From assembly GCA_036006905.1 (NCBI GenBank), contig DASYPF010000256.1, positions 1 through 32,667 of the forward strand: DNA of 32,667 nt, in the 5' to 3' direction. Below, in pieces: positions 9,108 through 17,427 of this stretch. This stretch comes from Acidobacteriota bacterium (lineage in GTDB: Bacteria; Acidobacteriota; UBA6911; JACQSX01). Below the pieces are notes generated by a model. That model saw only the letters and a list, made by a program, of their open reading frames with translations, was not told where the DNA came from and did no database searches. Position 1 is the first letter of the stretch. Every line of letters begins with the position of its first letter. The position numbers were made by a program, and so were the translations under genes.

Positions 9108-9134
9108 GTGCGAATGTCGAAGACATTCGCACTT
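9106..9134. terminator. Bidirectional stem-loop between convergent genes
   Basis: aagtgcgaatgtc-gaa-gacattcgcactt forms a 13-bp perfect stem with a 3-nt loop. It spans the stop codons of both flanking genes (taa 9105-9107 on +, tta 9134-9136 read on -). No clear U-tract. Confidence 0.6.
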
Positions 9135-12100
9135 TAAGGCGCGACCACAAACTCCACAAAATCGCTGATGTTGCTTCCCACGGCAATTTGAAAATGTTTT
9201 TTGCCCAGTACCGCATCGGGAGCAATATCGTAGACAGCGGTCAATGAGCTATCGCTGTTGACTGTGGCGCTGACAAAGCTCAGCCCGCTTCCCACGTCGG
9301 GAACGATCTGTACGTTTCCTCCCGCTGAAAATCCAGATCCAGTGATGGTAAATGTAACGCGCGCTCCCGGCTTGACAACCGAAGGAGAGATTCCGGTCAC
9401 CTTCAGGCTGGTGCTCCCGCCGGGATTCACTGCCAGCGAGAAAAAGTTGCTCTGCAGACTGTCAAAGTAGACGTTCAAATCCCGAAAGCCTGGCGCCAGT
9501 CCCTGGCCGGCCAGGTAGGTCAGCCGCATTTCATTGCTGCTGACCACCTGAGATTCGGCGCCCACCAGGCTCAGTCCTGCATCTGGATCAATTGATGCCT
9601 GAGGATTCGATCCTGAGAAATTCTCTCCTCGGATATTGAAAGTGACTTTTTGCCCGTTGGAAATCGCCTGGGGATTTACTGATGTAATGAGCGGTATCTG
9701 CCTGAGAACCGTGTAAGAAAACGGAGCGCTGCTTCGCCCCGAGACTGCAACGGTGACAGGGACTGGCCCTGCAGCCAGCGTCATAGGAACCCAAACTCGG
9801 ATCTGAGTTGGAGTCGCCGATATAATGCTTGCCAAAGCCGAGCCAAAGCGAACCTGAAGCTGCGACACATCGCTGCTTAAACCGCTCCCGGATATGGTCA
9901 CCGGCGCCCCGGGCGATACAGACGCGCCCATCGATTGAATGGTGGGAGGAGGGATAGGAGCAGACGTTCCCACAAAGAATACTTCGTCTGGAATCAACTT
10001 TTGTAAGTCGATACCGATCACCTCGGGCAAGAAACTAAAACCGGACTTGGAAGCGGAGACCTGAACGTTGTTTTTCAATTTGGACAAAGTGAAACTGCCG
10101 TCGGCGGCGCTGGTGGTAGACGCGTTGCCGTAGCGTATCGTGACGCCTGCGATCGGTTTCAAATTTGAGTCAAAAACCTCTCCCGAAATATCGTATCCCA
10201 CAAAGCGCGACTCAAACGGAATCTGCGAAGGCTGCAGATCGGCTGTCAGGCCGAACACATAATGGTCAGCGGAAGGATTCTGCGGGATGGTAATTTGAAA
10301 CCCGCGAAGGTAAGCATAGAGCTCGTAACGACTCATGTCGGCGCTCTCGGGAATGGACAAAAACTGGTAGTTCCCGGCAGCGTCTGCAAACTCGTAGTGC
10401 GTTTCCTCAGATTCGGTGTCGTACAGAAGCAAAAATGTGTAGGCCGGCGGGACTCCGTCGACCGCGGTGATCTTTCCCGTGACATTCCACACTTGGCTGG
10501 TGGCGGCAAAAGTCACCGACTGGTTGGCGCTGTTGATCTGGATAATGGCGAATTCCTTGTCGAAGTTCAGGTCCGAAAAAAAAGGAACGACAGCGTACAC
10601 TCCGTTAGGCAGTCCTCGCCTGCGGAACGATCCGTCCTTTGCCGTAAAACTCAGGTAAGCATTCCCGTTAGCATCGGCAATAACGATACCCGCATCAAAA
10701 ATCGGACGCCCGCGGGAATCGGTCACGAAACCATTGATGGTGAAACCCCCGTTTGGATTGGCATCGAAATCTGCAAGTTCCACGTCGTCATCCACTACGG
10801 GCACCATGCGACTGGCCGGAGTGAAAGTGTGGGTGGAAGCTGTGGGAGTCACCGTATAGTTCCCGATCGGTACATTCTCAAACTGGTATTCACCGAAGAG
10901 GTCGGTCGTCCCAGTAGCGACGGTCTTCCCGGTGGCGTTGTCCTTAAGAACAATCGTGATCCCGCTGAGCCCGTCACTATCCTGAAAGACCGCACCGAAC
11001 ACCGTGAATTTGTCGAAAGCCTGATCGATCTTATCCGGTTTTGTTTCTTCGTACTCTTCGCCGACAGGACTAAAAAAGATTTGGTCCGGCGCGTCCGCGC
11101 GTTCTTCGCTGAAAGTGATCGCTTCTTCCCCTCCTTCAACATAAGGATTGTTGGGGTCGATTAGAGAGATATCGGGAATGAACTGAAGGTCTTCGACAAG
11201 ACGCAAGGGTTCGCCCAGAGAAGGGATGATAAGCGTCAGCTTGCCGTTGTTTCCGGACGTGGGCTCTTCTGCCACAAAAAAGAAAAAAGCATCGACGTCG
11301 GCATCGGCGCTGCAGTCCAATCCGGAACGGAAAAGACCAAAAAGGCGCGTCGGCTTCTGCAATCCAGTAATGACGGTTGCAGTCTGTTTCGTTTTTCTAT
11401 CGAAGCGAAGGATCCGGCCGCTATTGGTCTCTGAGGTATAGACCGCGCCGCTGCAGCCATCAACGATCAACCCGCCGGGTTTTTGCGCCGCAAAAAGATA
11501 GCGCGGATTGAGTGAAATAGATGACCCTGTCTTTGCTCTGACGTTGGGATCCAGTTTTGACTTTGCAACCGACACGATGGCATTGGTCTCCTGGTCTGCC
11601 ACCAGGAGATCGCCGGAGGCTTCGTCTACTGTCATGGCCACAGGCAGTTTCAGGCCGGTAGCAATCTCGTCATTTTGATTGCGTGCGGGATCATAGCGGC
11701 TCACTTTCCCCGTGCTGGCCGACAACGGCTGGCCGCTGTCGTAGGAAGAAATCAACAGGTAATCGTTACTCCGCGAATCAGTATAGGGTATGACCGAAAG
11801 CACGTTAGTCTTGGAGAACGTTCTTACTGCCTTCTTCTGCCCAATAGGGCTTAGTTCGGAGATAATCGTGTTGACCGAACCGCCCACCTGCTGGTGATAC
11901 GGGCCAGGGGCGACCTTGCCCGCGACGCCTGCCAGCTCGGCGACGTATAGCTTCTTCAAACCGCTCAGGTAAGTTTGGCTCCTGAGAAAATTAACATCAG
12001 CCTGAAATGCTTCCTTTCGGACCAAGTCGATAGAGCTTCCGGCCACTTGCCTGCCATCTCGAGTTTCGGCGCGAACGGTGACGCGGCCCTGCGGTGGATG

Positions 12101-13693
12101 ACTCGCGGGAGCGGTATAAACCCCCTGACTATCTATGAAGCCATTAACGCTGTCTCCCCCGACTTTCCCATTGACCGACCAGACAACATCGCCCGCCAGA
12201 TTACCGTTTAATTTCGCCTTGAAGGATTGACGACTTTTCAATTGAACCGGGACTACAGTGGAAGGACTCAATTGAAATGAGATCAACGCCGGGTTGGGAC
12301 TGTAACTGGCAGGCGCCGCTTGAGCCGGGACATTGGCGAGCGAGGATAGATTCTCCGTACCGAATAGCTCGGTGACGAAAAGCGGCAAATCGCTGCTGAT
12401 TACAACCAAGCCATTGACGGCTCCCGCAGCCTCCGGCACAAATCCCGGGACGACGTTTACAATTCGCTCCAGGGCTCCCAGGACTTTCTTTACCGACCCC
12501 AGGACTCGGCCGTCCTTGGTGAGAGATGTGATTTCCAGATTAGCTGCCACGGTGCCGGCGTTGAGAATAGCCAGGCCGGTGTAAAAACCTGAACCATTGG
12601 CTTGATGAGAAAAAAGAGCGTTAGTGATCCCTTCGGCCTGTGCGGTGACGGCAGCCAGTGTCGGTTTCGATTTCGTGCCGTAAGCGACAAACCCATGCAG
12701 GGCCGGCTGCGACGTTTCCACTTTCAGCCATCCCTGCAGAGTCGCGCCACCCTGAAAGCCAAACAGAGTTTCTACATCGGCGGTGAAAGCTCCGTTTGCC
12801 GCTATGGCGACACGAAAGGGATTGGTGCCGATAATGTCGGGAGCGCCATAGAGCGTGCCATCGGGCTTGTAGGCGGTGAGGGTGACCAACGCGAGTTGGC
12901 TGCCTAAATTGAAAACACCGACTTGCGTTGCCCAGTCGCCGAGGACGGCAAGCTGTGGAAAGTTGAGCGTGGAAAGCTTCCTGGCGGTTGGCTGAGCCGT
13001 CAGCCCCACGACTTTCGATCCATCGCGCGCGAAGACAAACTCAAATCCGGCGACCGGCACTTTCGATTTTACGTGAAGGGACGCGGCCTGTGAGATCTCT
13101 GCAGAAGAAAACAGAGTTTCCAGCGTCGCTTGCAACGCACCCTTGGCCGCAAGAGAGAGGTTTCTCGATTGAATCTGTGACCCCGAAGCGCTGACCAGAT
13201 TCAACGTTATGTCCGCCTGGGAAGAGTTGGGATTTACCAGGCTGATTTCCGACTGATACTTGGAGGGATCCAGCAACAAATTGTAGTAGCAGTCGAGCGC
13301 CTTGAGGGGAAGGTCGGAGCCGTCGAGGATCTCCGCGCCTCCCATCAGAAAGAAGCCGGTCAGGTTGTCCGCGTCGCTTTGCGCCAGGATCCAGCCTTTG
13401 AATCCACGCGGCGCATTAAAGATGTTGGCGACGACGTCGACAAACTGCTGTCCCGCCGCCAAATCAATGCTGCGCGGGTTTTGCCCGGCGCCCTGCAGAA
13501 TGCTTCCATCCAAACTGTATGCAGTGAGCGCTATGCGCGCGCTGGTTTTTCCCGGGTTGGCGATGGCAATTCCGGTAAAGGTATTGTCGAAGGAGAGACG
13601 TGGGAAAATCAACTCACTGGCGGCAAGGCAAGCCGTCATCCATGCGATGCCGATAGCAGCCGCGGCGAAAAAACGAATAAAAAATCGGCGCAT
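9134..13693 (-). CDS. Giant secreted/cell-surface multidomain protein (unknown N-terminal modules, beta-propeller/NHL-like region, CarboxypepD_reg-like domains, IPT/TIG-like domains)
   Basis: 1519 aa with ATG at 13693 and signal peptide MRRFFIRFFAAAAIGIAWMTACLAASE. There are four N-terminal modules of about 110 aa. A Big-like segment reads VWSVNGKVGGDSVNGFIDSQGVYTAPAS. Propeller-like strands include LLVADQETNAIVSV and GAVYTSETNSGRILRFD. Several CarboxypepD_reg-type units are present (e.g. ITIVLKDNATGKTVATGTTDLFGEYQFENVPIGNYTVTP). The C-terminal IPT/TIG-like units include PTIQSMGASVSPGAPVTISGSG and ITSVNPQAISNGQKVTFNIRGENF. Confidence 0.85.
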   Translation of the reverse strand: MRRFFIRFFAAAAIGIAWMTACLAASELIFPRLSFDNTFTGIAIANPGKTSARIALTAYSLDGSILQGAGQNPRSIDLAAGQQFVDVVANIFNAPRGFKGWILAQSDADNLTGFFLMGGAEILDGSDLPLKALDCYYNLLLDPSKYQSEISLVNPNSSQADITLNLVSASGSQIQSRNLSLAAKGALQATLETLFSSAEISQAASLHVKSKVPVAGFEFVFARDGSKVVGLTAQPTARKLSTLNFPQLAVLGDWATQVGVFNLGSQLALVTLTAYKPDGTLYGAPDIIGTNPFRVAIAANGAFTADVETLFGFQGGATLQGWLKVETSQPALHGFVAYGTKSKPTLAAVTAQAEGITNALFSHQANGSGFYTGLAILNAGTVAANLEITSLTKDGRVLGSVKKVLGALERIVNVVPGFVPEAAGAVNGLVVISSDLPLFVTELFGTENLSSLANVPAQAAPASYSPNPALISFQLSPSTVVPVQLKSRQSFKAKLNGNLAGDVVWSVNGKVGGDSVNGFIDSQGVYTAPASHPPQGRVTVRAETRDGRQVAGSSIDLVRKEAFQADVNFLRSQTYLSGLKKLYVAELAGVAGKVAPGPYHQQVGGSVNTIISELSPIGQKKAVRTFSKTNVLSVIPYTDSRSNDYLLISSYDSGQPLSASTGKVSRYDPARNQNDEIATGLKLPVAMTVDEASGDLLVADQETNAIVSVAKSKLDPNVRAKTGSSISLNPRYLFAAQKPGGLIVDGCSGAVYTSETNSGRILRFDRKTKQTATVITGLQKPTRLFGLFRSGLDCSADADVDAFFFFVAEEPTSGNNGKLTLIIPSLGEPLRLVEDLQFIPDISLIDPNNPYVEGGEEAITFSEERADAPDQIFFSPVGEEYEETKPDKIDQAFDKFTVFGAVFQDSDGLSGITIVLKDNATGKTVATGTTDLFGEYQFENVPIGNYTVTPTASTHTFTPASRMVPVVDDDVELADFDANPNGGFTINGFVTDSRGRPIFDAGIVIADANGNAYLSFTAKDGSFRRRGLPNGVYAVVPFFSDLNFDKEFAIIQINSANQSVTFAATSQVWNVTGKITAVDGVPPAYTFLLLYDTESEETHYEFADAAGNYQFLSIPESADMSRYELYAYLRGFQITIPQNPSADHYVFGLTADLQPSQIPFESRFVGYDISGEVFDSNLKPIAGVTIRYGNASTTSAADGSFTLSKLKNNVQVSASKSGFSFLPEVIGIDLQKLIPDEVFFVGTSAPIPPPTIQSMGASVSPGAPVTISGSGLSSDVSQLQVRFGSALASIISATPTQIRVWVPMTLAAGPVPVTVAVSGRSSAPFSYTVLRQIPLITSVNPQAISNGQKVTFNIRGENFSGSNPQASIDPDAGLSLVGAESQVVSSNEMRLTYLAGQGLAPGFRDLNVYFDSLQSNFFSLAVNPGGSTSLKVTGISPSVVKPGARVTFTITGSGFSAGGNVQIVPDVGSGLSFVSATVNSDSSLTAVYDIAPDAVLGKKHFQIAVGSNISDFVEFVVAP

Positions 13694-13759
13694 GATAATG
13701 TCCCTAAATTGGCCACGTGCACGGGCCTACAGTGGCAGTGTCACAACCACAAAAAAGCC

Positions 13760-13978
13760 GATCACGACCACGTGCACGTCAACGACCACGATCACGTCAA
13801 CGGTAGCGACACATCATACAGCAGCGCACCAGGATCATGAAAAAATCCTTAATGAAGGCTACGGTATCTCCTGCATGTTGTCGTGGACGTTGACGTGCTC
13901 GTTGACGTGCTCGTGAACGGGGCCGTGATCGTTGACGTGCAGGTGATCGTTGACGTGCACGTGATCGTGGCCGTGAAC
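13760..13978. repeat. Tandem-unit palindrome F (hexamer arrays)
   Basis: Seven hexamers at 13760-13801 (gatcac gaccac gtgcac gtcaac gaccac gatcac gtcaac). An 81-bp centre at 13802-13882. Sixteen complementary hexamers at 13883-13978 (gtggac gttgac gtgctc ... gtgatc gtggcc gtgaac). It lies between the desaturase stop and the start of the 1519-aa gene. Confidence 0.85.
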
Positions 13979-14048
13979 GGTTTTTTTGTTGCGGCTCTGC
14001 TGCGCTATGCCTTTGTGATGAGTACTTGTGAATACTCAGGGCTAGCAA

Positions 14049-15047
14049 CTAAACAAAGTGCCAATCGCTGTGCGCTTTCTTGTTTTTGAGAAGGTAGAGA
14101 TAAACCAACTCGCCATAGGAGCGCGGCTGGATATTGTGTCGCTCGAAGAAGGGTTCCAAAAGGCGGTTCAAGCGCGGCAGGTTATAAAAGGGAACATTGG
14201 GAAAATAGTGATGCTCCAGATGGTAGCTCGACCAGAGATAGGCAAAGTCCCAAAAGCGAGAGCGCCGCATGCGCGTGCTCCACTTGGCTGGATCATCGGG
14301 ATCGATGTCATAGTGCTGCCCCAGGCGGTTTACTGCAAACGCGATGGGAAAGACAAAGAAGTAGGGTATGACATAGACACGCAGCAGCGCATACCATCCA
14401 AACCACCCGGCGACGGCTGCGGCAATCGCCAAGTGCAAAACGATAGTAATGCTTCGCTCCCGTGAAATCATCCGCTGCAATTCCACCGGATAAGTCGCCG
14501 TCTCTTTCTTTGCCGCGCGAAAATAAATAGGAAAAAGCGCGGGAGAAAAATAGAGCAACTTGTACCAGCGCTTGTTTATCTTGGGAGAGAGCTTGTTGCG
14601 CTTCGGATCGTCTTCCTCGGAACCCAGTTCAGCGTGGTGATCCAAGTGCCACTTGGTAAACTGCGTGCGCGAGATTCCGCTGGGAAACGCATACACCCAT
14701 CCGAGCATCGAATTCAACTTCTCGTGCTTGCCATCCAAAACTATGTTGTGGACCACTTCATGCAACAGCACGGTGAAATTAAATAGCGTGAGTCCCTGCA
14801 CCAGCGCCGCGGGGATCCAGATCCAGGGATTTTCAAAACGAATGAGCAGATAGCTGCCGGTGAAAAAGAGAAAAAATTGGCGAAAAAGCACCAGAAAGTG
14901 CCGCCAGCCGGCTCTCCGATGCAACCGGCGGAGCTCCTCTTTGGGAATGATATTCCCCAGCTCTCGCCGCAAATCTGCCGTGTGCTGAGCGTAGTAATGG
15001 CTCTTTCCTATCTTCAGAAGCCGATAATCGTGCGCGACCGAATCCAT
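14049..15047 (-). CDS. Membrane fatty acid desaturase
   Basis: 332 aa with ATG at 15047. Three histidine boxes are present (HEVVHN, HLDHHAELG, HLEHHYFPNVPFYNL), plus hydrophobic segments typical of the FA_desaturase family. Confidence 0.85.
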   Translation of the reverse strand: MDSVAHDYRLLKIGKSHYYAQHTADLRRELGNIIPKEELRRLHRRAGWRHFLVLFRQFFLFFTGSYLLIRFENPWIWIPAALVQGLTLFNFTVLLHEVVHNIVLDGKHEKLNSMLGWVYAFPSGISRTQFTKWHLDHHAELGSEEDDPKRNKLSPKINKRWYKLLYFSPALFPIYFRAAKKETATYPVELQRMISRERSITIVLHLAIAAAVAGWFGWYALLRVYVIPYFFVFPIAFAVNRLGQHYDIDPDDPAKWSTRMRRSRFWDFAYLWSSYHLEHHYFPNVPFYNLPRLNRLLEPFFERHNIQPRSYGELVYLYLLKNKKAHSDWHFV

Positions 15048-15116
15048 TGTAATGTATTAGTTTAACACGGCCGCGACCGGGCAGAAAAAGCGAATAGAGA
15101 GAATGTTGCAAGAGAA

Positions 15117-15159
15117 TAGAAAGTTCCTCTTTTGCGTTTTTTAGAAACTTCCTCTTTTG
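15117..15159. promoter_or_regulatory. Direct repeat pair upstream of the desaturase gene (candidate operator)
   Basis: tagaaagttcctcttttg (15117-15134) and tagaaacttcctcttttg (15142-15159) match at 17/18 with a 25-bp period, 70-112 bp upstream of the desaturase ATG. GAATAGA is also duplicated at 15092 and 15113. Confidence 0.3.
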
Positions 15160-15345
15160 AGCTAACGAAAAAAACTAGTAGTCGGGCCTGTGGGAAAGTG
15201 GGAAGGCGCGCTTTTTGCGGCTTTCCACTTGGGTGGCAATTTGCGAACAAAAAGTGAAATGCTCCTTGAGGAAAAGCGCACCCAGTGGTAGCTAAATATC
15301 CGCCAGACTGAGATTTCTGGAACTTCGTGGTGACAGGCAAAATAA

Positions 15346-16326
15346 TTACTGGGTTTTTTGCATCAGTGCGCGGCGGGCAGAACCTTTCAGCGCTGTTTTC
15401 TCATCGAGGATGACGTGGACGGGAATTCCCTGCAACAACTCTTCGAATCTTCCTTTGGCGGTGAAAGCTTTCATGAATTGGCCGTCAACAAGTTTCTCCC
15501 GGATCTTCGGAGCAATTCCACCTCCCACAAAAACTCCACCGACGGCCATGGTCTTTAGGGCCAGATTTGCGGCCTCGGCGCCGTAGATGGAAACAAACAA
15601 ATCCAGGGCGTCGACGGCCAACTGGCAGGCTTTCTCGAGCGCTGCAGTCGAAATGGCCGCGGTCGGATCACCTTTCTGAATTCGGCCACGCAGCCAGTCA
15701 GGCTCCAATCCCTTTCCCGAATCGCGCAAGAACTGGTAAATGCTTAAAAGACCCGGGCCGGAAACAACGCGCTCGTAGCTGACGTGCTCAAACTCTTTTC
15801 GCAGATAATTGAAAAGCTCAATTTCTAAATCGCTGCGCGGCGCAAAATCGGTATGGCCACCTTCCGATGCTGCGGGCAGATGATCTTTGCCATTCCAGTA
15901 CAAGAATGCTTCTCCCAGCCCCGTGCCGGCGGCGATTACCGCCTGATTGCCCGCAGTGGCCTTCCCCGGATTCAAGCACAACAACAAATCTTTCTCGAGC
16001 ATCGCGATACCGTACGCCGTGGCTTCCAGATCGTTAATCAAAATGACTTCTTTCAAATTCAGGACGCCGGCAATTTTCTTTGCCTCGACCACCCAAGGGA
16101 GATTGGATGTCTGAACGCGTCCCTCACGGATCGGTCCAGCAATCCCAAAACAAGCACGTTTTACCTTATGTGGCGCCTCCCTGAGGCATTGTTCAATGAT
16201 GTTTTCCAGGCCTGGATAGCTCCTGCTGGAGAAAGTCTTCGAAGCGACCAGGCGGAGTCGGCCGCTGGAGTCGTCAAAGAATCCCAAGTTGGTTTTTGTA
16301 GCTCCGATATCACCGGCAAGTATCAT
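15346..16326 (-). CDS. glk: Glucokinase
   Basis: 326 aa starting MILAGDIGATKTNLGFF. The Glk-family layout is present (GIAGPI, NDLEA.AYGI, AGTGLGEA, GGVFVGGGIAPKI). It is the last gene of the zwf-opcA-pgl-glk run. Confidence 0.85.
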   Translation of the reverse strand: MILAGDIGATKTNLGFFDDSSGRLRLVASKTFSSRSYPGLENIIEQCLREAPHKVKRACFGIAGPIREGRVQTSNLPWVVEAKKIAGVLNLKEVILINDLEATAYGIAMLEKDLLLCLNPGKATAGNQAVIAAGTGLGEAFLYWNGKDHLPAASEGGHTDFAPRSDLEIELFNYLRKEFEHVSYERVVSGPGLLSIYQFLRDSGKGLEPDWLRGRIQKGDPTAAISTAALEKACQLAVDALDLFVSIYGAEAANLALKTMAVGGVFVGGGIAPKIREKLVDGQFMKAFTAKGRFEELLQGIPVHVILDEKTALKGSARRALMQKTQ

Positions 16327-16340
16327 GATCGTGCCAAAAG

Positions 16341-16456
16341 AAGTCGAAAGTCGCAGGTCGAAGGTCGAAAGTCAACAAGTTAGAAAGTCAACACGTGCAG
16401 ACCTGTTGACTTGCTGGCCTGATGACCTTCGACGTTCGACCTGTGACCTGCGACTC
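16341..16456. repeat. Tandem-unit palindrome A (AGTCGNN/AGGTCGA units) filling the pgl-glk spacer
   Basis: The left arm reads aagtcgaa agtcgc aggtcga aggtcgaa agtcaaca ... and the right arm ... gatgacct tcgacgt tcgacct gtgacct gcgact. A perfect 11-bp outer stem pairs 16349-16359 with 16445-16455. The central 8-bp stem is agtcaaca/tgttgact. Confidence 0.85.
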
Positions 16457-16467
16457 CAGATGTGACA

Positions 16468-17202
16468 TTAATTCAGTTGGCTCGCTGCCGCCTCATCCAC
16501 CAACCACACCAACCGGCCGCGCGGCCGGATCAATTGTGAGGGATAAACTTTCGGCTGCAATTCCCCTTTCAAAACTTGCTTCAGCGCCGGGGCCTTTGCG
16601 GCGCCTGACACTAGAACAATCACTTCTCTCGCATGATTGATCACAGGCGCGGTCAAAGTTATCCTTTCCGTATTTAACTTCTCTACCGGATTGCTCACTA
16701 CCCACCGGGTTTGCTCGGCTAGCGCAGGTGTGCCGGGAAACAGTGACGCAGTGTGGCCATCGTCTCCCATCCCCAAGAAAATCAAATCGAAAGACGGAAA
16801 CTTCTCTTTATCGGTCCTGAAAAAGCGGCGCAGCTCTGTCTCGTATCGGCGAGCCGCCTCGGCAGGAGGCAATTCCGAGAGAATTCGAAAAATATTGGAA
16901 TCAGGAATCGCGACGTGATCAATCAAACTTTCGCGCGCCATTCGGAAATTGCTCTCTTTGTGGTCAGGAGGAACCGGGCGCTCATCCCCCCAGAATAGGA
17001 AAATCCGCGGCCAATCCAATGCCTCGCGGTAATGGTCGGCAAGATTCGCATTGACGGCACGAGGAGTATTCCCACCTGAGAGAGCGACCGCAAAGCAGCC
17101 CGAACGCGAGATGGCTTTGTGTGCCAATCGGGCAAACCGTTCGGCTGCCCGCTGTGCAATCTCCTGGGCATTCTCACAAATAACAATCTCTTTGGAACCC
17201 AT
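16468..17202 (-). CDS. pgl: 6-phosphogluconolactonase
   Basis: ALSGGNTP, FFWGDERPVPPDHKESN, FDLIFLGMGDDGHTASLFPG and RITLT are typical Pgl/DevB motifs. The track start at 17205 is TTG; ATG 17202 was chosen. Confidence 0.85.
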   Translation of the reverse strand: MGSKEIVICENAQEIAQRAAERFARLAHKAISRSGCFAVALSGGNTPRAVNANLADHYREALDWPRIFLFWGDERPVPPDHKESNFRMARESLIDHVAIPDSNIFRILSELPPAEAARRYETELRRFFRTDKEKFPSFDLIFLGMGDDGHTASLFPGTPALAEQTRWVVSNPVEKLNTERITLTAPVINHAREVIVLVSGAAKAPALKQVLKGELQPKVYPSQLIRPRGRLVWLVDEAAASQLN

Positions 17203-17210
17203 CAAGATTC

Positions 17211-17427
17211 AGGTCGTGTGATAAAGTCACAGGTCAACAGGTCAACAGGTCAACAGGTCAACAGGTCAACAGGTCACAGGTCAACAGGTCACAGGTCACA
17301 GGTCACAGGTCAACAGGTCACAGGTCAACAGGTCGACGGTTTCAGACTAGCCCGGGACTTGGTGGACCTGATGACTTGATGACCGTTTGACCGGGTAACC
17401 TGCGGGACCTGTCGACTTGCGACTTTA
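17211..17427. repeat. Tandem-unit palindrome B (AGGTCA(A)C array) filling the opcA-pgl spacer
   Basis: Positions 17231-17337 hold 14 contiguous units: 8 AGGTCAAC, 5 AGGTCAC and 1 AGGTCGAC. They face a shorter degenerate complementary arm at 17353-17427 (ggacctgatgacttgatgaccgtttgacc...gacctgtcgacttgcgacttta). Terminal taaagtc/gacttta pairs 17222-17228 with 17421-17427, which overlaps the opcA stop. Confidence 0.9.

Noticed and set aside
9111-9119. The 9-mer GCGAATGTC is shared between the 9106-9134 terminator hairpin and the inner stem of the 4837-5041 palindrome (4901-4909).
   Set aside because: A single 9-nt match across 32.7 kb on two strands is within chance expectation, and the flanking sequences are unrelated.
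10262-11164. Long antisense or alternative-frame ORFs inside well-supported genes, e.g. 10262-11164 (+), 18927-19820 (+), 25010-25720 (-), 20597-21241 (-), 1140-1730 (-), 5431-6093 (-), 6720-7289 (-) and 22750-23334 (+).
   Set aside because: Each lies wholly within or opposite a gene with clear family motifs. Their compositions are Arg/Ser/Gly-rich, as expected for off-frame reading of GC-rich coding DNA, and I recognise no motifs in them.
13797-14089. ORFs 13797-14048 (-, RSRPRSRARQR repeats) and 13883-14089 (+, VDVLVDVLVNG repeats), and the His-rich frames across element F.
   Set aside because: Hexamer arrays keep all frames open, so dipeptide repeats are automatic. The minus-strand His-rich frame has no ATG/GTG/TTG start that gives more than about 33 aa, and no RBS was seen.
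15062-15340. A 92-aa minus-strand ORF filling the glk-desaturase spacer, and a 33-aa plus-strand frame VGKWEGALFAAFHLGG... across an imperfect hairpin (about 15200-15236).
   Set aside because: No RBS, odd composition and no recognisable motifs. The region is better explained as terminator/promoter DNA with a hairpin (gtgg-g-aaag ... ctttccac) and direct repeats.
16422-17379. ORFs 16422-16640 (+) and 17119-17379 (+), plus 26277-26546 (+) and 26427-26645 (-), with QVNRSTGQQV- or SKVEGRRSKV-type repeats.
   Set aside because: They arise from reading through the AGGTC-type tandem units of elements A, B and C, and they overlap well-supported genes on the opposite strand.
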